From a virus (lineage: Duplodnaviria > Caudoviricetes): a stretch of DNA of 29,080 bases. Numbering within the stretch: position 1 is the stretch's first letter; every line of letters starts with the position of its first letter. The notes beneath the pieces are model-generated. The model saw only the letters and a program-made list of their open reading frames with translations. It did not search any database and was not told the DNA's origin. Location of the stretch: positions 1 through 29,080 of the IMG/VR virus record IMGVR_UViG_3300044639_001642, one strand, 5' to 3'. Below, one piece after another: positions 17,894 to 26,061 of the stretch. A program made the position numbers and the translations under genes.

Positions 17894-19372
17894 ATGTCAA
17901 TTTTAAGGTCATATTTCAGCAAAAATAACACTATTCAATTAAATAGTTTAACCAACACGGGTAGAAACCCCGTAATGGAATTATATTTTGGTTCAGACCT
18001 TGCAACATACGCACCAAAAGGTTATACAAGATTCATATTTGATTTAGATTTAGACCTATTAAGAGAAAGTATTGCAACAGGTGAAATCTCAACAGGATGT
18101 ACCACAGCAATGACCCATAACTTAGTTATGACAAATTCAGCATCATTTGATATTGATTTGTTAAATGATACAACATCACAAGGGTCAAGAAGAGCAACAT
18201 CATTTGATTTAGTATTATTTAGAATCCCACTTTATTCAGGAGCCACAAGTAGCCCACAATTTTGGGATGAAGGTGTTGGTTTTGATTATGTATACCAACC
18301 CGTAGTTGCCGAATTTTCAAATAACATACCTTTTAGTAGTAGACCATCAAACTGGATTGAAAGAACAACAATTACAGATTGGTCTGTACCAGGAATTTAT
18401 AGTAACATAAATTCATCACAAATACCAAGTTTAAATTATTCAGGATTAACAATTATTGATAGACAACATTTTGAGTTCGGTAATGAAGATATTTCATTTG
18501 ATATGTCAGGTGAAATTAATGGTATTTTAAATGGTTCAATAACAGGTGTAACAGGTTGGGGAATTGCTTATGTTCCTGAAATTGAAAACATTACAGGATT
18601 AACCGAAACATATTCTGTCGGTTTCTTTACAAGACATACACAAACTTTTTATCAACCATTCCTTCAAACAACTTATGATGATATCATCAAAGATGATAGA
18701 AATACATTTGCATCAAATAGAGTAAACCATTTATATCTTTATGTATATTCAAATGGTAACTTTATGAACTTGGATGAAAACCCCATAGTTGACTTGTACG
18801 ACCCTAACGGTGATATTATGTCAGGTTATACAGGTTTGACTACTTGCCTCCGTACACAGGGGGTATATGAGGTTACAATACCACCTATTACAGGTTGGAC
18901 AACTCCTTGTCAGTTCTCTGATGTTTGGACAAACTTAATTAAAGACGGTCAGACATTAAATAATGTTGAGAATGAGTTTATTTTATTAGGTCAATCATCT
19001 GTTTATCAAATCGGTACCCAATCAAAAGACCCAATTTTTTATGGTTTTGATTTTAGTGGTATTAAACAAAATGAAAAGATTTTGAATACCGATGTTAGAA
19101 AAGTAATGGTTACAATCAAACAAGCCTACACAAGTCAAGTAGTATTAAACAATATTGAAGCGTTTTATAGAATCTATGTCAGAGAAGGTAATACTGAAGT
19201 ACAAGTTCAAGATTGGACACCAATCAATAGAACACCTAATGAGTATTACTTTATGTTTGATACAAGAGATAAAATACCAAATCAATATTATGTTGATATT
19301 AGAGTGAATACTAGTGGGGAAAGAGATACTTATCAAAAAGAATTAATGTTCCAAATCGTAAACAAAAAATGA
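17894..19372 (+). CDS. Putative virion structural protein (baseplate/tail, beta-rich)
   Basis: Thr/Ser/Gly/aromatic-rich 492 aa protein next to the spike, preceded by the late motif. The C-terminus looks Ig-like. Confidence 0.5.
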   Translation: MSILRSYFSKNNTIQLNSLTNTGRNPVMELYFGSDLATYAPKGYTRFIFDLDLDLLRESIATGEISTGCTTAMTHNLVMTNSASFDIDLLNDTTSQGSRRATSFDLVLFRIPLYSGATSSPQFWDEGVGFDYVYQPVVAEFSNNIPFSSRPSNWIERTTITDWSVPGIYSNINSSQIPSLNYSGLTIIDRQHFEFGNEDISFDMSGEINGILNGSITGVTGWGIAYVPEIENITGLTETYSVGFFTRHTQTFYQPFLQTTYDDIIKDDRNTFASNRVNHLYLYVYSNGNFMNLDENPIVDLYDPNGDIMSGYTGLTTCLRTQGVYEVTIPPITGWTTPCQFSDVWTNLIKDGQTLNNVENEFILLGQSSVYQIGTQSKDPIFYGFDFSGIKQNEKILNTDVRKVMVTIKQAYTSQVVLNNIEAFYRIYVREGNTEVQVQDWTPINRTPNEYYFMFDTRDKIPNQYYVDIRVNTSGERDTYQKELMFQIVNKK

Positions 19373-19839
19373 AAAAAATAGTTAGACTTAACGAATCTAT
19401 GATTCAAAAACTTGTAAGAAAAGTTTTACAAGAACAAAAAAATGAAAGATACATGTTCTTCTCTAATTTAGAACAAATGAAAAGACAATGTGAAATGTTG
19501 TTAGATTTAGATGAATCACAAATTGAAAGTATTCTTGACAATGGTCATGATTGGGCTCAAGACCATATTTCTGAAGCTAAAAACAATATGGACCAAGTTT
19601 TTGATTTCTTGATGAATGAAATCAATGGGGGTGAAGAAGAAATGATGGATATTGAACCTAATGTAATGGAAGGTAGGAAAAAAACAGGAACAAAATTATG
19701 TGTTCGTGGTAAAGCGGCTGCTAAATCAAAATTTGATGTTTATCCTTCAGCATACGCAAATGGTTATGCCGTCCAAGTATGTAAAGGTAAGATGCCAGGT
19801 TTAGATGGAAAAAAACATTGTTCTGGTTCCTATTGTTAA
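19369..19839 (+). CDS. Putative internal head protein with a basic Cys-containing C-terminal YPSAYA domain
   Basis: N-terminal KIVRLNES..LVRKVLQE segment with LxE sites. C-terminal AKSKFDVYPSAYANGYAVQVC. Confidence 0.55.
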   Translation: MKKIVRLNESMIQKLVRKVLQEQKNERYMFFSNLEQMKRQCEMLLDLDESQIESILDNGHDWAQDHISEAKNNMDQVFDFLMNEINGGEEEMMDIEPNVMEGRKKTGTKLCVRGKAAAKSKFDVYPSAYANGYAVQVCKGKMPGLDGKKHCSGSYC

Positions 19840-19863
19840 TTCAAAAAAAAATTATTATCTTTG
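19833..19863 (+). promoter_or_regulatory. Bacteroidetes-type housekeeping promoter (-33 TTG / -7 TAnnTTTG)
   Basis: TTG at 19833-19835, a 20 nt spacer, then TATCTTTG at 19856-19863, 13 nt before ATG 19877. Confidence 0.6.
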
Positions 19864-19876
19864 AATCCATAATAAA

Positions 19877-20284
19877 ATGAAAGAATACAAACACATATTC
19901 AAAAGATGGATTCAAAGAATGTACATTGATTCTGCAAGAAAAATGGACTACGAACGTGGTCAAAGGTCAAAATATGAATTAGATTGTATATCAATTTGCA
20001 AAAGATTAATTGATAAACCAGACACTCAATTATTAATGACACCACTTTCAAATAAAAAATATATACATAATCCTTTAAATTCTATTTTTATTACAATAGA
20101 AGGTAATACGGTTAATGTTATTAACCATAAATATTCATACACGGTTGTAATTCAAGATAAATCAAAAATTGAAATAACTAACTATTTCAATGAAGTTTTA
20201 GAAACTCAAAGATTAAAAATGGAAGAAGAAATTACTTCCAATATTAAACACTCTCTTAAGAATATATTACAAACATTAGTTTGA
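19877..20284 (+). CDS. Hypothetical protein
   Basis: 135 aa ORF with its own host-type promoter and an A-rich leader. Confidence 0.65.
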   Translation: MKEYKHIFKRWIQRMYIDSARKMDYERGQRSKYELDCISICKRLIDKPDTQLLMTPLSNKKYIHNPLNSIFITIEGNTVNVINHKYSYTVVIQDKSKIEITNYFNEVLETQRLKMEEEITSNIKHSLKNILQTLV

Positions 20285-20833
20285 CGGACAAACTTCTTTA
20301 GCGATTTTTTCAGTTTGTCCTTCTTCAATTAGTCCTATTCTGTGTAGTACGCAATAATATCTTGGATTTTCATTTAAATGTTGTTGTGCAATTTTACGTG
20401 CTTCTTTTAAATCTTTAACGTATTGCGATTCAACCATTTCTCCAAGGTCTATCATTTTGTTTTTTCTGACCTGTTCGTTGAGGATGGACTTGATAAATTG
20501 TCTCATACCTTCATTAGTATTTTTCTTTTTGGGTTTATAAGAGGTCATTATTGGTTTTTGACCTTTACCTGATTGTGTATCTTTTTTTTCGGCATCTCTT
20601 TTTTGTCTACAAGCATTTTGTTTTGCGGAATCGCTCATTTTACCCGCAACACCTGCTGCTCTACACTTTGGATAAGCACCTTTATCGGTGTCAGAACGAC
20701 CACAAGGTGGATGTTTTCCATCTTTATCTTTTCTACAAATATTAACCCACGGCCCTTTAGGCTGACTACTACCTTTTGGCTTCTTTTTTTTGCCAAACCA
20801 TACTGCTAAATCTTCATTTAATTGTTGTTCCAT
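20276..20833 (-). CDS. Basic Cys-rich putative internal head protein with a C-terminal DUF5661-like motif
   Basis: Start moved to the ATG at 20833 (MEQQLNEDLAVWF), because the longer ORF would overlap the divergent gene. Motifs WVNIC..PCGR..YPKC and GEMVE..ARKIAQQHLNENPRYY. Confidence 0.6.
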   Translation of the reverse strand: MEQQLNEDLAVWFGKKKKPKGSSQPKGPWVNICRKDKDGKHPPCGRSDTDKGAYPKCRAAGVAGKMSDSAKQNACRQKRDAEKKDTQSGKGQKPIMTSYKPKKKNTNEGMRQFIKSILNEQVRKNKMIDLGEMVESQYVKDLKEARKIAQQHLNENPRYYCVLHRIGLIEEGQTEKIAKEVCPSN

Positions 20834-20866
20834 GTTGTTTTTGTGAAAAAAATTACGATACTTTAC

Positions 20867-20873
20867 ATAAATA
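20867..20873 (-). promoter_or_regulatory. Putative late promoter motif TATTTAT
   Basis: ATAAATA on the + strand, 33 nt upstream of ATG 20833. Confidence 0.5.
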
Positions 20874-20882
20874 TAAAACCAT

Positions 20883-21122
20883 ATGAAAAATACTAAAAAT
20901 ACTGAAGAAATATCAAAAAAAACACAAGAAATTATTGGTTCTCTTTTTGACACAATACATTACACATCAAATGAACAATTAAATTCATTTATTGATGGTA
21001 TGAATGAAGAACAAGCAATGTATTGTTTAAAACAAGCATTAATTGCCTGTCACGTTAGAGGTGCATTTACAATGGAAGAAACCGAAGCAGTTTCAAAGTC
21101 TTTAAGAATTTTAAATTCTTAA
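20883..21122 (+). CDS. Hypothetical protein
   Basis: 79 aa ORF with an A-rich leader. Its stop shares the TTAA at 21119-21122 with the convergent gene. Confidence 0.65.
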   Translation: MKNTKNTEEISKKTQEIIGSLFDTIHYTSNEQLNSFIDGMNEEQAMYCLKQALIACHVRGAFTMEETEAVSKSLRILNS

Positions 21123-22369
21123 GATGTTGGTGTAGGTGTTGGTGTCTCAGTTGGAGTTTGAGTAGGAGTATCCGTTACCGTAGGTGTTGGTGTCTCAGTT
21201 GGAGTTTGAGTAGGAGTATCCGTTACCGTAGGTGTTGGTGTATTAGTTGGTGTTTCACTAATAGTTGGTGTTGGTGTCTCAGTTGGTGTTTGAGTCGGAG
21301 TATCTGTTACCGTAGGTGTTGGAGTCTCAGTTGGTGTTTGAGTCGGAGTATCTGTTACTGTAGGTGTTGGAGTATTAGTTGGTGTTTCACTAATTGTCGG
21401 TGTTGGAGTCTCAGTTGGCGTTTGAGTAGGAGTATCTGTTACTGTAGGTGTTGGTGTATTAGTTGGTGTTTGAGTAGGAGTATCCGTTATTGTGGCCGTT
21501 GGTGTGTTAGTAGGAGTTTCACTAATAGTTGGTGTTGGTGTCTCAGTTGGAGTTTGAGTAGGAGTATCCGTTACCGTAGGTGTTGGTGTCTCAGTTGGAG
21601 TTTGAGTAGGAGTATCCGTTACCGTAGGTGTTGGTGTATTAGTTGGTGTTTGAGTAGGAGTATCCGTTATTGTGGCCGTTGGTGTGTTAGTAGGAGTTTC
21701 AGTCACTGTTGGTGTAACCGTATTAGTAGGTGTTATTGTGGGTGTAGGTGTAGGTGTTGGAGTTCTTGTCGCCGTTGGTGTTGGTGCGGGACACGACTCA
21801 ATTAATATTATATTACCTGAACCATTTGTTTGAAATACAGTGTTACCTGGTAATCCACCAGAATCTGAAAGATATGTTGCAAAAATTGGTGTTGTAAAAC
21901 TACTATTCAAGTATATTGTTGTTCCTGTAGTCCAAAAACCAATAGCAACATTACTATAATATGTTTGAAGACTTGGACTTGAACAAGCATCTAATGATGT
22001 TGTACCGCTAGATAATGATGTAATTGTAAACACAGGTCTAGTTGGTGTTGGTGTAATTGTAGATGTTATAGTTGGAGTTGGTGTTAAACTTGATGTTACA
22101 CTTGGTGTTGGAGTTGCTCCATAACTTGGAGTAACAGATGCTGTAATACTTGGAGTTGGAGTTACTGGTGGTGGCCAATCAATTGTTGAAAGAATTTGAA
22201 TACTTTTAGATGCTGTCGAATAAGTACCGTCAATATACCATACATTAATAGTTTCATTTTCTAATACTTCGTGATTATTTATATTTAAATTATCCGAACA
22301 TCTAGTATAATTAATAACACCAATAGATGTTATTGAGTTATTTTTTATTATTGATTTTTTACAAGCCAT
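21119..22369 (-). CDS. Mucin-like Thr/Pro-repeat protein, probably virion associated
   Basis: Two small Cys-containing beta-rich domains separated by a PT linker, followed by ~220 aa of TPTx repeats to the C-terminus. Directly downstream of the MCP with its own late motif. Confidence 0.75.
   Translation of the reverse strand: MACKKSIIKNNSITSIGVINYTRCSDNLNINNHEVLENETINVWYIDGTYSTASKSIQILSTIDWPPPVTPTPSITASVTPSYGATPTPSVTSSLTPTPTITSTITPTPTRPVFTITSLSSGTTSLDACSSPSLQTYYSNVAIGFWTTGTTIYLNSSFTTPIFATYLSDSGGLPGNTVFQTNGSGNIILIESCPAPTPTATRTPTPTPTPTITPTNTVTPTVTETPTNTPTATITDTPTQTPTNTPTPTVTDTPTQTPTETPTPTVTDTPTQTPTETPTPTISETPTNTPTATITDTPTQTPTNTPTPTVTDTPTQTPTETPTPTISETPTNTPTPTVTDTPTQTPTETPTPTVTDTPTQTPTETPTPTISETPTNTPTPTVTDTPTQTPTETPTPTVTDTPTQTPTETPTPTPTS
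21123..21790 (-). repeat. Coding tandem repeat array: 48-nt ([16 protein letters not shown]) and 36-nt ([12 protein letters not shown]) units
   Basis: Near-identical DNA copies, e.g. gtaggagtatccgttaccgtaggtgttggtg recurs four times. Units group into about four higher-order blocks. Confidence 0.9.
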
Positions 22370-22384
22370 CTTATTTTATACATT

Positions 22385-22391
22385 ATAAATA
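22385..22391 (-). promoter_or_regulatory. Putative late promoter motif TATTTAT
   Basis: ATAAATA on the + strand, 15 nt upstream of ATG 22369 and just past the MCP terminator. Confidence 0.55.
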
Positions 22392-22403
22392 CCTTTATAA
22401 AAC

Positions 22404-22432
22404 AAAAAAGGGAACCTAAGTTCCCTTTTTTT
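22404..22432 (-). terminator. Intrinsic terminator after the major capsid gene, potentially bidirectional
   Basis: AAAAAA-GGGAAC-CTAA-GTTCCC-TTTTTTT hairpin with A and T tracts on either side. Confidence 0.85.
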
Positions 22433-22449
22433 ATGACGTTTGAGATAAA

Positions 22450-24291
22450 TTATCTCAATTCTTGTAAGTTGAATGTTCTAACTCCGTCAACTGTAACTCT
22501 ACCATAGAAACGGTTGTTAACCATTTTCTTAGCGTATCTTGTCATGATACCCTTGATAGGTGTGAAGTTGAATGGGTTATACATAGTTGGAGTCAACTGT
22601 AAAGGTACGTATGGAGCGTAAATGTAACCAGTATCCAACAAGCTAGTTCCTTTGTGTCCGATTAACACTTGGTTAGCTGGGAAGTAAGGGTCACGATATA
22701 CTTGATATCTACCTGACAAAGTACCGATTCTTTCAATACCCATGTTGTATTGGTCTTGCTCAGGAGCTGCGTTTGATACGTGGAAGTATTCCAAGTCATC
22801 AAAGATAGCAGATACTTCAGAAGATACAACAATCCAGTTAGCACCACCTCTTAAAGTTGATTTGTGAATTTGAGCTGACAATTGGTTAATTGCAGTAATC
22901 AAAGTTTGGTTCCAATCTTTTTGAGTGTAAGGAGTTGTTCCGCTAGAAGATAGTCTCTTCCAACCGTTATAATCCCATCTCAAGTTCCAAGCTGCGCCTT
23001 TTCTCAAATCTCTCAAGATTTCTCTATCAATTTCTGCCGCAACCTGCTCAGATAACAATGCTGTCAATTCAGCTTCAGCATCAATGTTGTGGAATGCCGC
23101 AACGTCTTGAGCTAATTCAGGAGACCATTGTGCTCTTAATTTTCTTTCTGTTACAGAAACAGTTACTGACTCAAGGTCAAAAGAAACTTCACCAATTTGG
23201 TCTTCAAATTCCAATTCTTTGTACAATCTGTAAATTGCTAAGAAAGCATTGTTAACAGCTGTAGTAGATGAGAAAGTAGAACCTGTGTAACCATCCATAG
23301 ATGAATCACCACAAGTAATACAAACAGGAGCTTGTAAATCAATTTCCAAGAAAATAAATCCATTAGCGTCACATACGTTGTAGTAAGAACCACCTGAATT
23401 TTTGTTTACTGGGAAAGTAGTATTTACTTGACTTCCGTATTGAACAATACCTTTACCATATCTTTGAGTAACAACTCTGAATAAATAAGGGTTAGTTGTG
23501 TTTGCTGAAGTAAATTGGTTAGTTGAAACACCTAAGATGTTCAAACCTGACAAGAATTCTTCAGTATCCATAGTATTACCGTTAGGACCAATCAATTGAC
23601 CAGCACCTGCGTTAGAGAATCCACTCATAACAATGATAACTTTTCTATAGTTATCTTCAGGGTATTCTGCAGGTAATAAAACACCAGCGTTAGACCAAGC
23701 GTAAGTTACAGTATTTGCTGTAATAGCACTCCACTGACCTTTTGAATAGTCAAACAAACCAGGAGGGTTTAAACCAGCCTCATTTCCTTCGTAGAATAAA
23801 TCATACAAATCTTTGTTATAGATTGGGTTAAATGTACCATCACCTGAAGTGTATCCAGCATCAGGATTACCTGGATAGTTTCCTGGAGAACCGATAGGAG
23901 CGTAGTGAGTTCCTGAACCACCAAACAAACCATCTGTTGATGTACCACCAGAATAACCTTGAATTTTAGGTACAAAGTAGAACAATTTACCGATTGGTAA
24001 GTTCATTGCTTGTACAGACACGATGTCGTTAGCTAATAATTTAGAGAATACTCTTCTCACGATTGGGAAAACAACTGTTTCAAAAGAACCGCTATCAGAA
24101 GTTGAAGAAGCCTCATTGATTAAGAAAGAAGCTTGGTTTTCGTATAACTGAGCTACGTTTTCTTTCATGTGACCTTTTAAACCTTCCAAAAAGCCAAGTT
24201 TATCCCATTTGTTGATTGTGTCTTCTTTGATAACCTTAAGGTGTTTTAAACCAATGTTACCAACAAGACCGCTTTCTAATAATGCACCCAT
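22450..24291 (-). CDS. gp23: Major capsid protein, T4 gp23-like
   Basis: LYENQ, FPIVRRVF..LLANDIVSVQAMNLPIG, VTERKLRAQWSPELAQD..AFHNIDAEAELTALLSEQVAAEIDREI, YAPYVPL and GIMTRYA. Confidence 0.95.
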   Translation of the reverse strand: MGALLESGLVGNIGLKHLKVIKEDTINKWDKLGFLEGLKGHMKENVAQLYENQASFLINEASSTSDSGSFETVVFPIVRRVFSKLLANDIVSVQAMNLPIGKLFYFVPKIQGYSGGTSTDGLFGGSGTHYAPIGSPGNYPGNPDAGYTSGDGTFNPIYNKDLYDLFYEGNEAGLNPPGLFDYSKGQWSAITANTVTYAWSNAGVLLPAEYPEDNYRKVIIVMSGFSNAGAGQLIGPNGNTMDTEEFLSGLNILGVSTNQFTSANTTNPYLFRVVTQRYGKGIVQYGSQVNTTFPVNKNSGGSYYNVCDANGFIFLEIDLQAPVCITCGDSSMDGYTGSTFSSTTAVNNAFLAIYRLYKELEFEDQIGEVSFDLESVTVSVTERKLRAQWSPELAQDVAAFHNIDAEAELTALLSEQVAAEIDREILRDLRKGAAWNLRWDYNGWKRLSSSGTTPYTQKDWNQTLITAINQLSAQIHKSTLRGGANWIVVSSEVSAIFDDLEYFHVSNAAPEQDQYNMGIERIGTLSGRYQVYRDPYFPANQVLIGHKGTSLLDTGYIYAPYVPLQLTPTMYNPFNFTPIKGIMTRYAKKMVNNRFYGRVTVDGVRTFNLQELR

Positions 24292-24326
24292 TTTAGTATT
24301 TTTTTGTTTTTAAGTTTTATTTATTT

Positions 24327-25949
24327 TTATTTTTGTATTTTTTGCATGATATCCTTCATTCTTAAGAATTGTGGATTTTCATAAGTTTTTGACTCAATTA
24401 AGTTTTGTGAAGAACCTGATGCTGGTGATTTACCAATTTTTTCCATAGATTCTGTAACTACGTTTTGAGTCGTGGTATTTAATTCATTTTTAATTGATGA
24501 ATACAATGATTTTGATTCTTTTAATGACTCAACATCATCAAATCTTCTTAAGATATTAATCTTTTCTTGTTTTGTTGTTGTATGTTCTGTAAACAATCTT
24601 GTAGCGTAAGCCAAGTTTGAATTAAACACAGCAACTTCATTTAATTTTTCTCTGAAAATATTAAGTGCTTTTCTGTATTCTTCATTCTTCTCTCTCAATC
24701 TTTCAACTTCTTCAGCAAGAGCCTGATTTGGAATTACTTTCATTTTAGGTAAACCTTTTCTTTGAGCGTAATTTCTAGTTCCATTACCTAATGTTCTAGC
24801 AGCTTCTTTAGTTTCCTCTTTTTCGTAATCTTTGTAATGACCATCTTTTTCACCAGCTTTCTTTTCAACACCATCAACATCCTTACGTCTGTATTCGTGT
24901 TTTTTAGAACCATACTTTTCTTTCATTTCAGCTTCAGTGTATTCAAACTTCTTAGGTTTTAAATTCATACCAACTCCTTTAGCTTTACCTTTTGGTTCAA
25001 TAGCCGCTTCTTTGGTTTCCATTTTTCTACCTTCTTTATATTCAAATTTAGCACTTCCAGTTTTAACACCTTTACCTACTACAGGTTTACTCATCATTGA
25101 CCCTTCTTTAGTTTCCATTTTTTTAGCTTTGTTAGTTAAAGAGGATTTTGTTAATTTACCCATAACTGGTTTAATTGTCATTTTACCTTCAGACATGTTT
25201 TCATCCTCATCTTCATCTTCATCCTCATCTTCATCGTCATCGTCTTCTTGTTCTTCCATTTCTATTTCATACACTACTTCGTCCATTTGTTCTTCTTCCA
25301 TGTACTCTTCTTCCATTTCAACTTCGTCCATTTGTTCTTTACCAAAAATGTCAGCCATCATAGATTCTAAATCATCGTTAGATAATTCATCTTCATCCAT
25401 TTGTTCTTCTTCCATGTACTCTTCTTCCATGTACTCTTCTTCCATTTCAACTTCGTCCATACTTTCAGTTTGAATAATGTATTCAACATCTTCATCTTCA
25501 TCGTTTAAAGTAATGTGGTTACCATCTTGTTTAACAATGATACCATCTTCATCACTCATAGATTTGAAAACCTTTAAGATTTCATCATCAGACGCATTTG
25601 TAAGGTCAATTGGTAGTGTATCTTCAGAATCCATATCAAAGTCCATATCAAATTCATCTTCCGATTCATCATCGTCAGAATCCATATCAATGTCCATTTC
25701 AACATCATCCATGTCTTCATCATCAGAATCCATATCAATATCCATGTCTAAATCATCTTCTGATTGTTCATCCATTTCAACTTCTTTTGATTCTTTTTCA
25801 GTCTCATTTTTCAAAGACTCTTTTACTAATTCTGAGATTTCTTCCTTCATAGTAGAAGCAAGTATTCCTTTTGCATTTTCGGCAACTACTTGTTCCAAAT
25901 TTTTCATTTGTAGTAGTGCTTCCTCAACTAACGACTTTTTATCTGTCAT
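24327..25949 (-). CDS. Prohead core/scaffolding protein (gp22-like position), highly acidic
   Basis: Immediately upstream of the MCP. D/E/M-rich low-complexity N-half, K-rich middle, coiled-coil C-terminus and many LxE/TxE sites. Confidence 0.7.
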   Translation of the reverse strand: MTDKKSLVEEALLQMKNLEQVVAENAKGILASTMKEEISELVKESLKNETEKESKEVEMDEQSEDDLDMDIDMDSDDEDMDDVEMDIDMDSDDDESEDEFDMDFDMDSEDTLPIDLTNASDDEILKVFKSMSDEDGIIVKQDGNHITLNDEDEDVEYIIQTESMDEVEMEEEYMEEEYMEEEQMDEDELSNDDLESMMADIFGKEQMDEVEMEEEYMEEEQMDEVVYEIEMEEQEDDDDEDEDEDEDEDENMSEGKMTIKPVMGKLTKSSLTNKAKKMETKEGSMMSKPVVGKGVKTGSAKFEYKEGRKMETKEAAIEPKGKAKGVGMNLKPKKFEYTEAEMKEKYGSKKHEYRRKDVDGVEKKAGEKDGHYKDYEKEETKEAARTLGNGTRNYAQRKGLPKMKVIPNQALAEEVERLREKNEEYRKALNIFREKLNEVAVFNSNLAYATRLFTEHTTTKQEKINILRRFDDVESLKESKSLYSSIKNELNTTTQNVVTESMEKIGKSPASGSSQNLIESKTYENPQFLRMKDIMQKIQK

Positions 25950-25972
25950 ATTATTATAGAATAATTTAACAT

Positions 25973-25979
25973 ATAAATA
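25973..25979 (-). promoter_or_regulatory. Putative late promoter motif TATTTAT
   Basis: ATAAATA on the + strand, 23 nt upstream of the scaffold ATG 25949. Likely drives the scaffold-MCP transcript. Confidence 0.6.
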
Positions 25980-26031
25980 TATCCATATGTCAAAAAATTC
26001 TATTTGGGCTTAGTAAAAACCCTAAATAAAT

Positions 26032-26060
26032 AAAAAACCCCTCGGTTAGGAGGGGTTTTT
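26032..26060 (-). terminator. Intrinsic terminator, potentially bidirectional
   Basis: AAAAAA-CCCCTC-GGTTAG-GAGGGG-TTTTT immediately after the stop of 26062..26274. Confidence 0.85.
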
Positions 26061-26061
26061 A

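Noticed and set aside
20834-20953. N-terminal 40 aa hydrophobic extension of the 225 aa ORF, resembling a membrane anchor
   Set aside because: It runs through the AT-rich promoter region and overlaps the divergent gene at 20883. The ATG at 20833 is the better start.
21123-21790. Possible CRISPR array or DGR-like repeats
   Set aside because: Units are tandem, in frame and lack unique spacers. There is no cas or reverse transcriptase gene and no adenine-specific TR/VR pattern.
21158-21805. 215 aa Cys/Trp/Arg-rich ORF on the + strand
   Set aside because: Antisense shadow of the Thr/Pro repeat array. Its periodicity simply mirrors the repeat.
22369-22452. Readthrough or frameshift fusion of the MCP to the PT-repeat protein
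   Set aside because: The 80 nt gap is out of frame, contains an intrinsic terminator, and the downstream gene has its own late motif.
24937-25959. Two Ser-rich + strand ORFs (178 and 160 aa)
   Set aside because: Reverse-complement reading of GAA/GAT codons in the acidic scaffold gene.
26026-26032. Additional TATTTAT (- strand) next to the terminator
   Set aside because: It is contiguous with the terminator's U tract, and a better-placed copy exists at 25973-25979.
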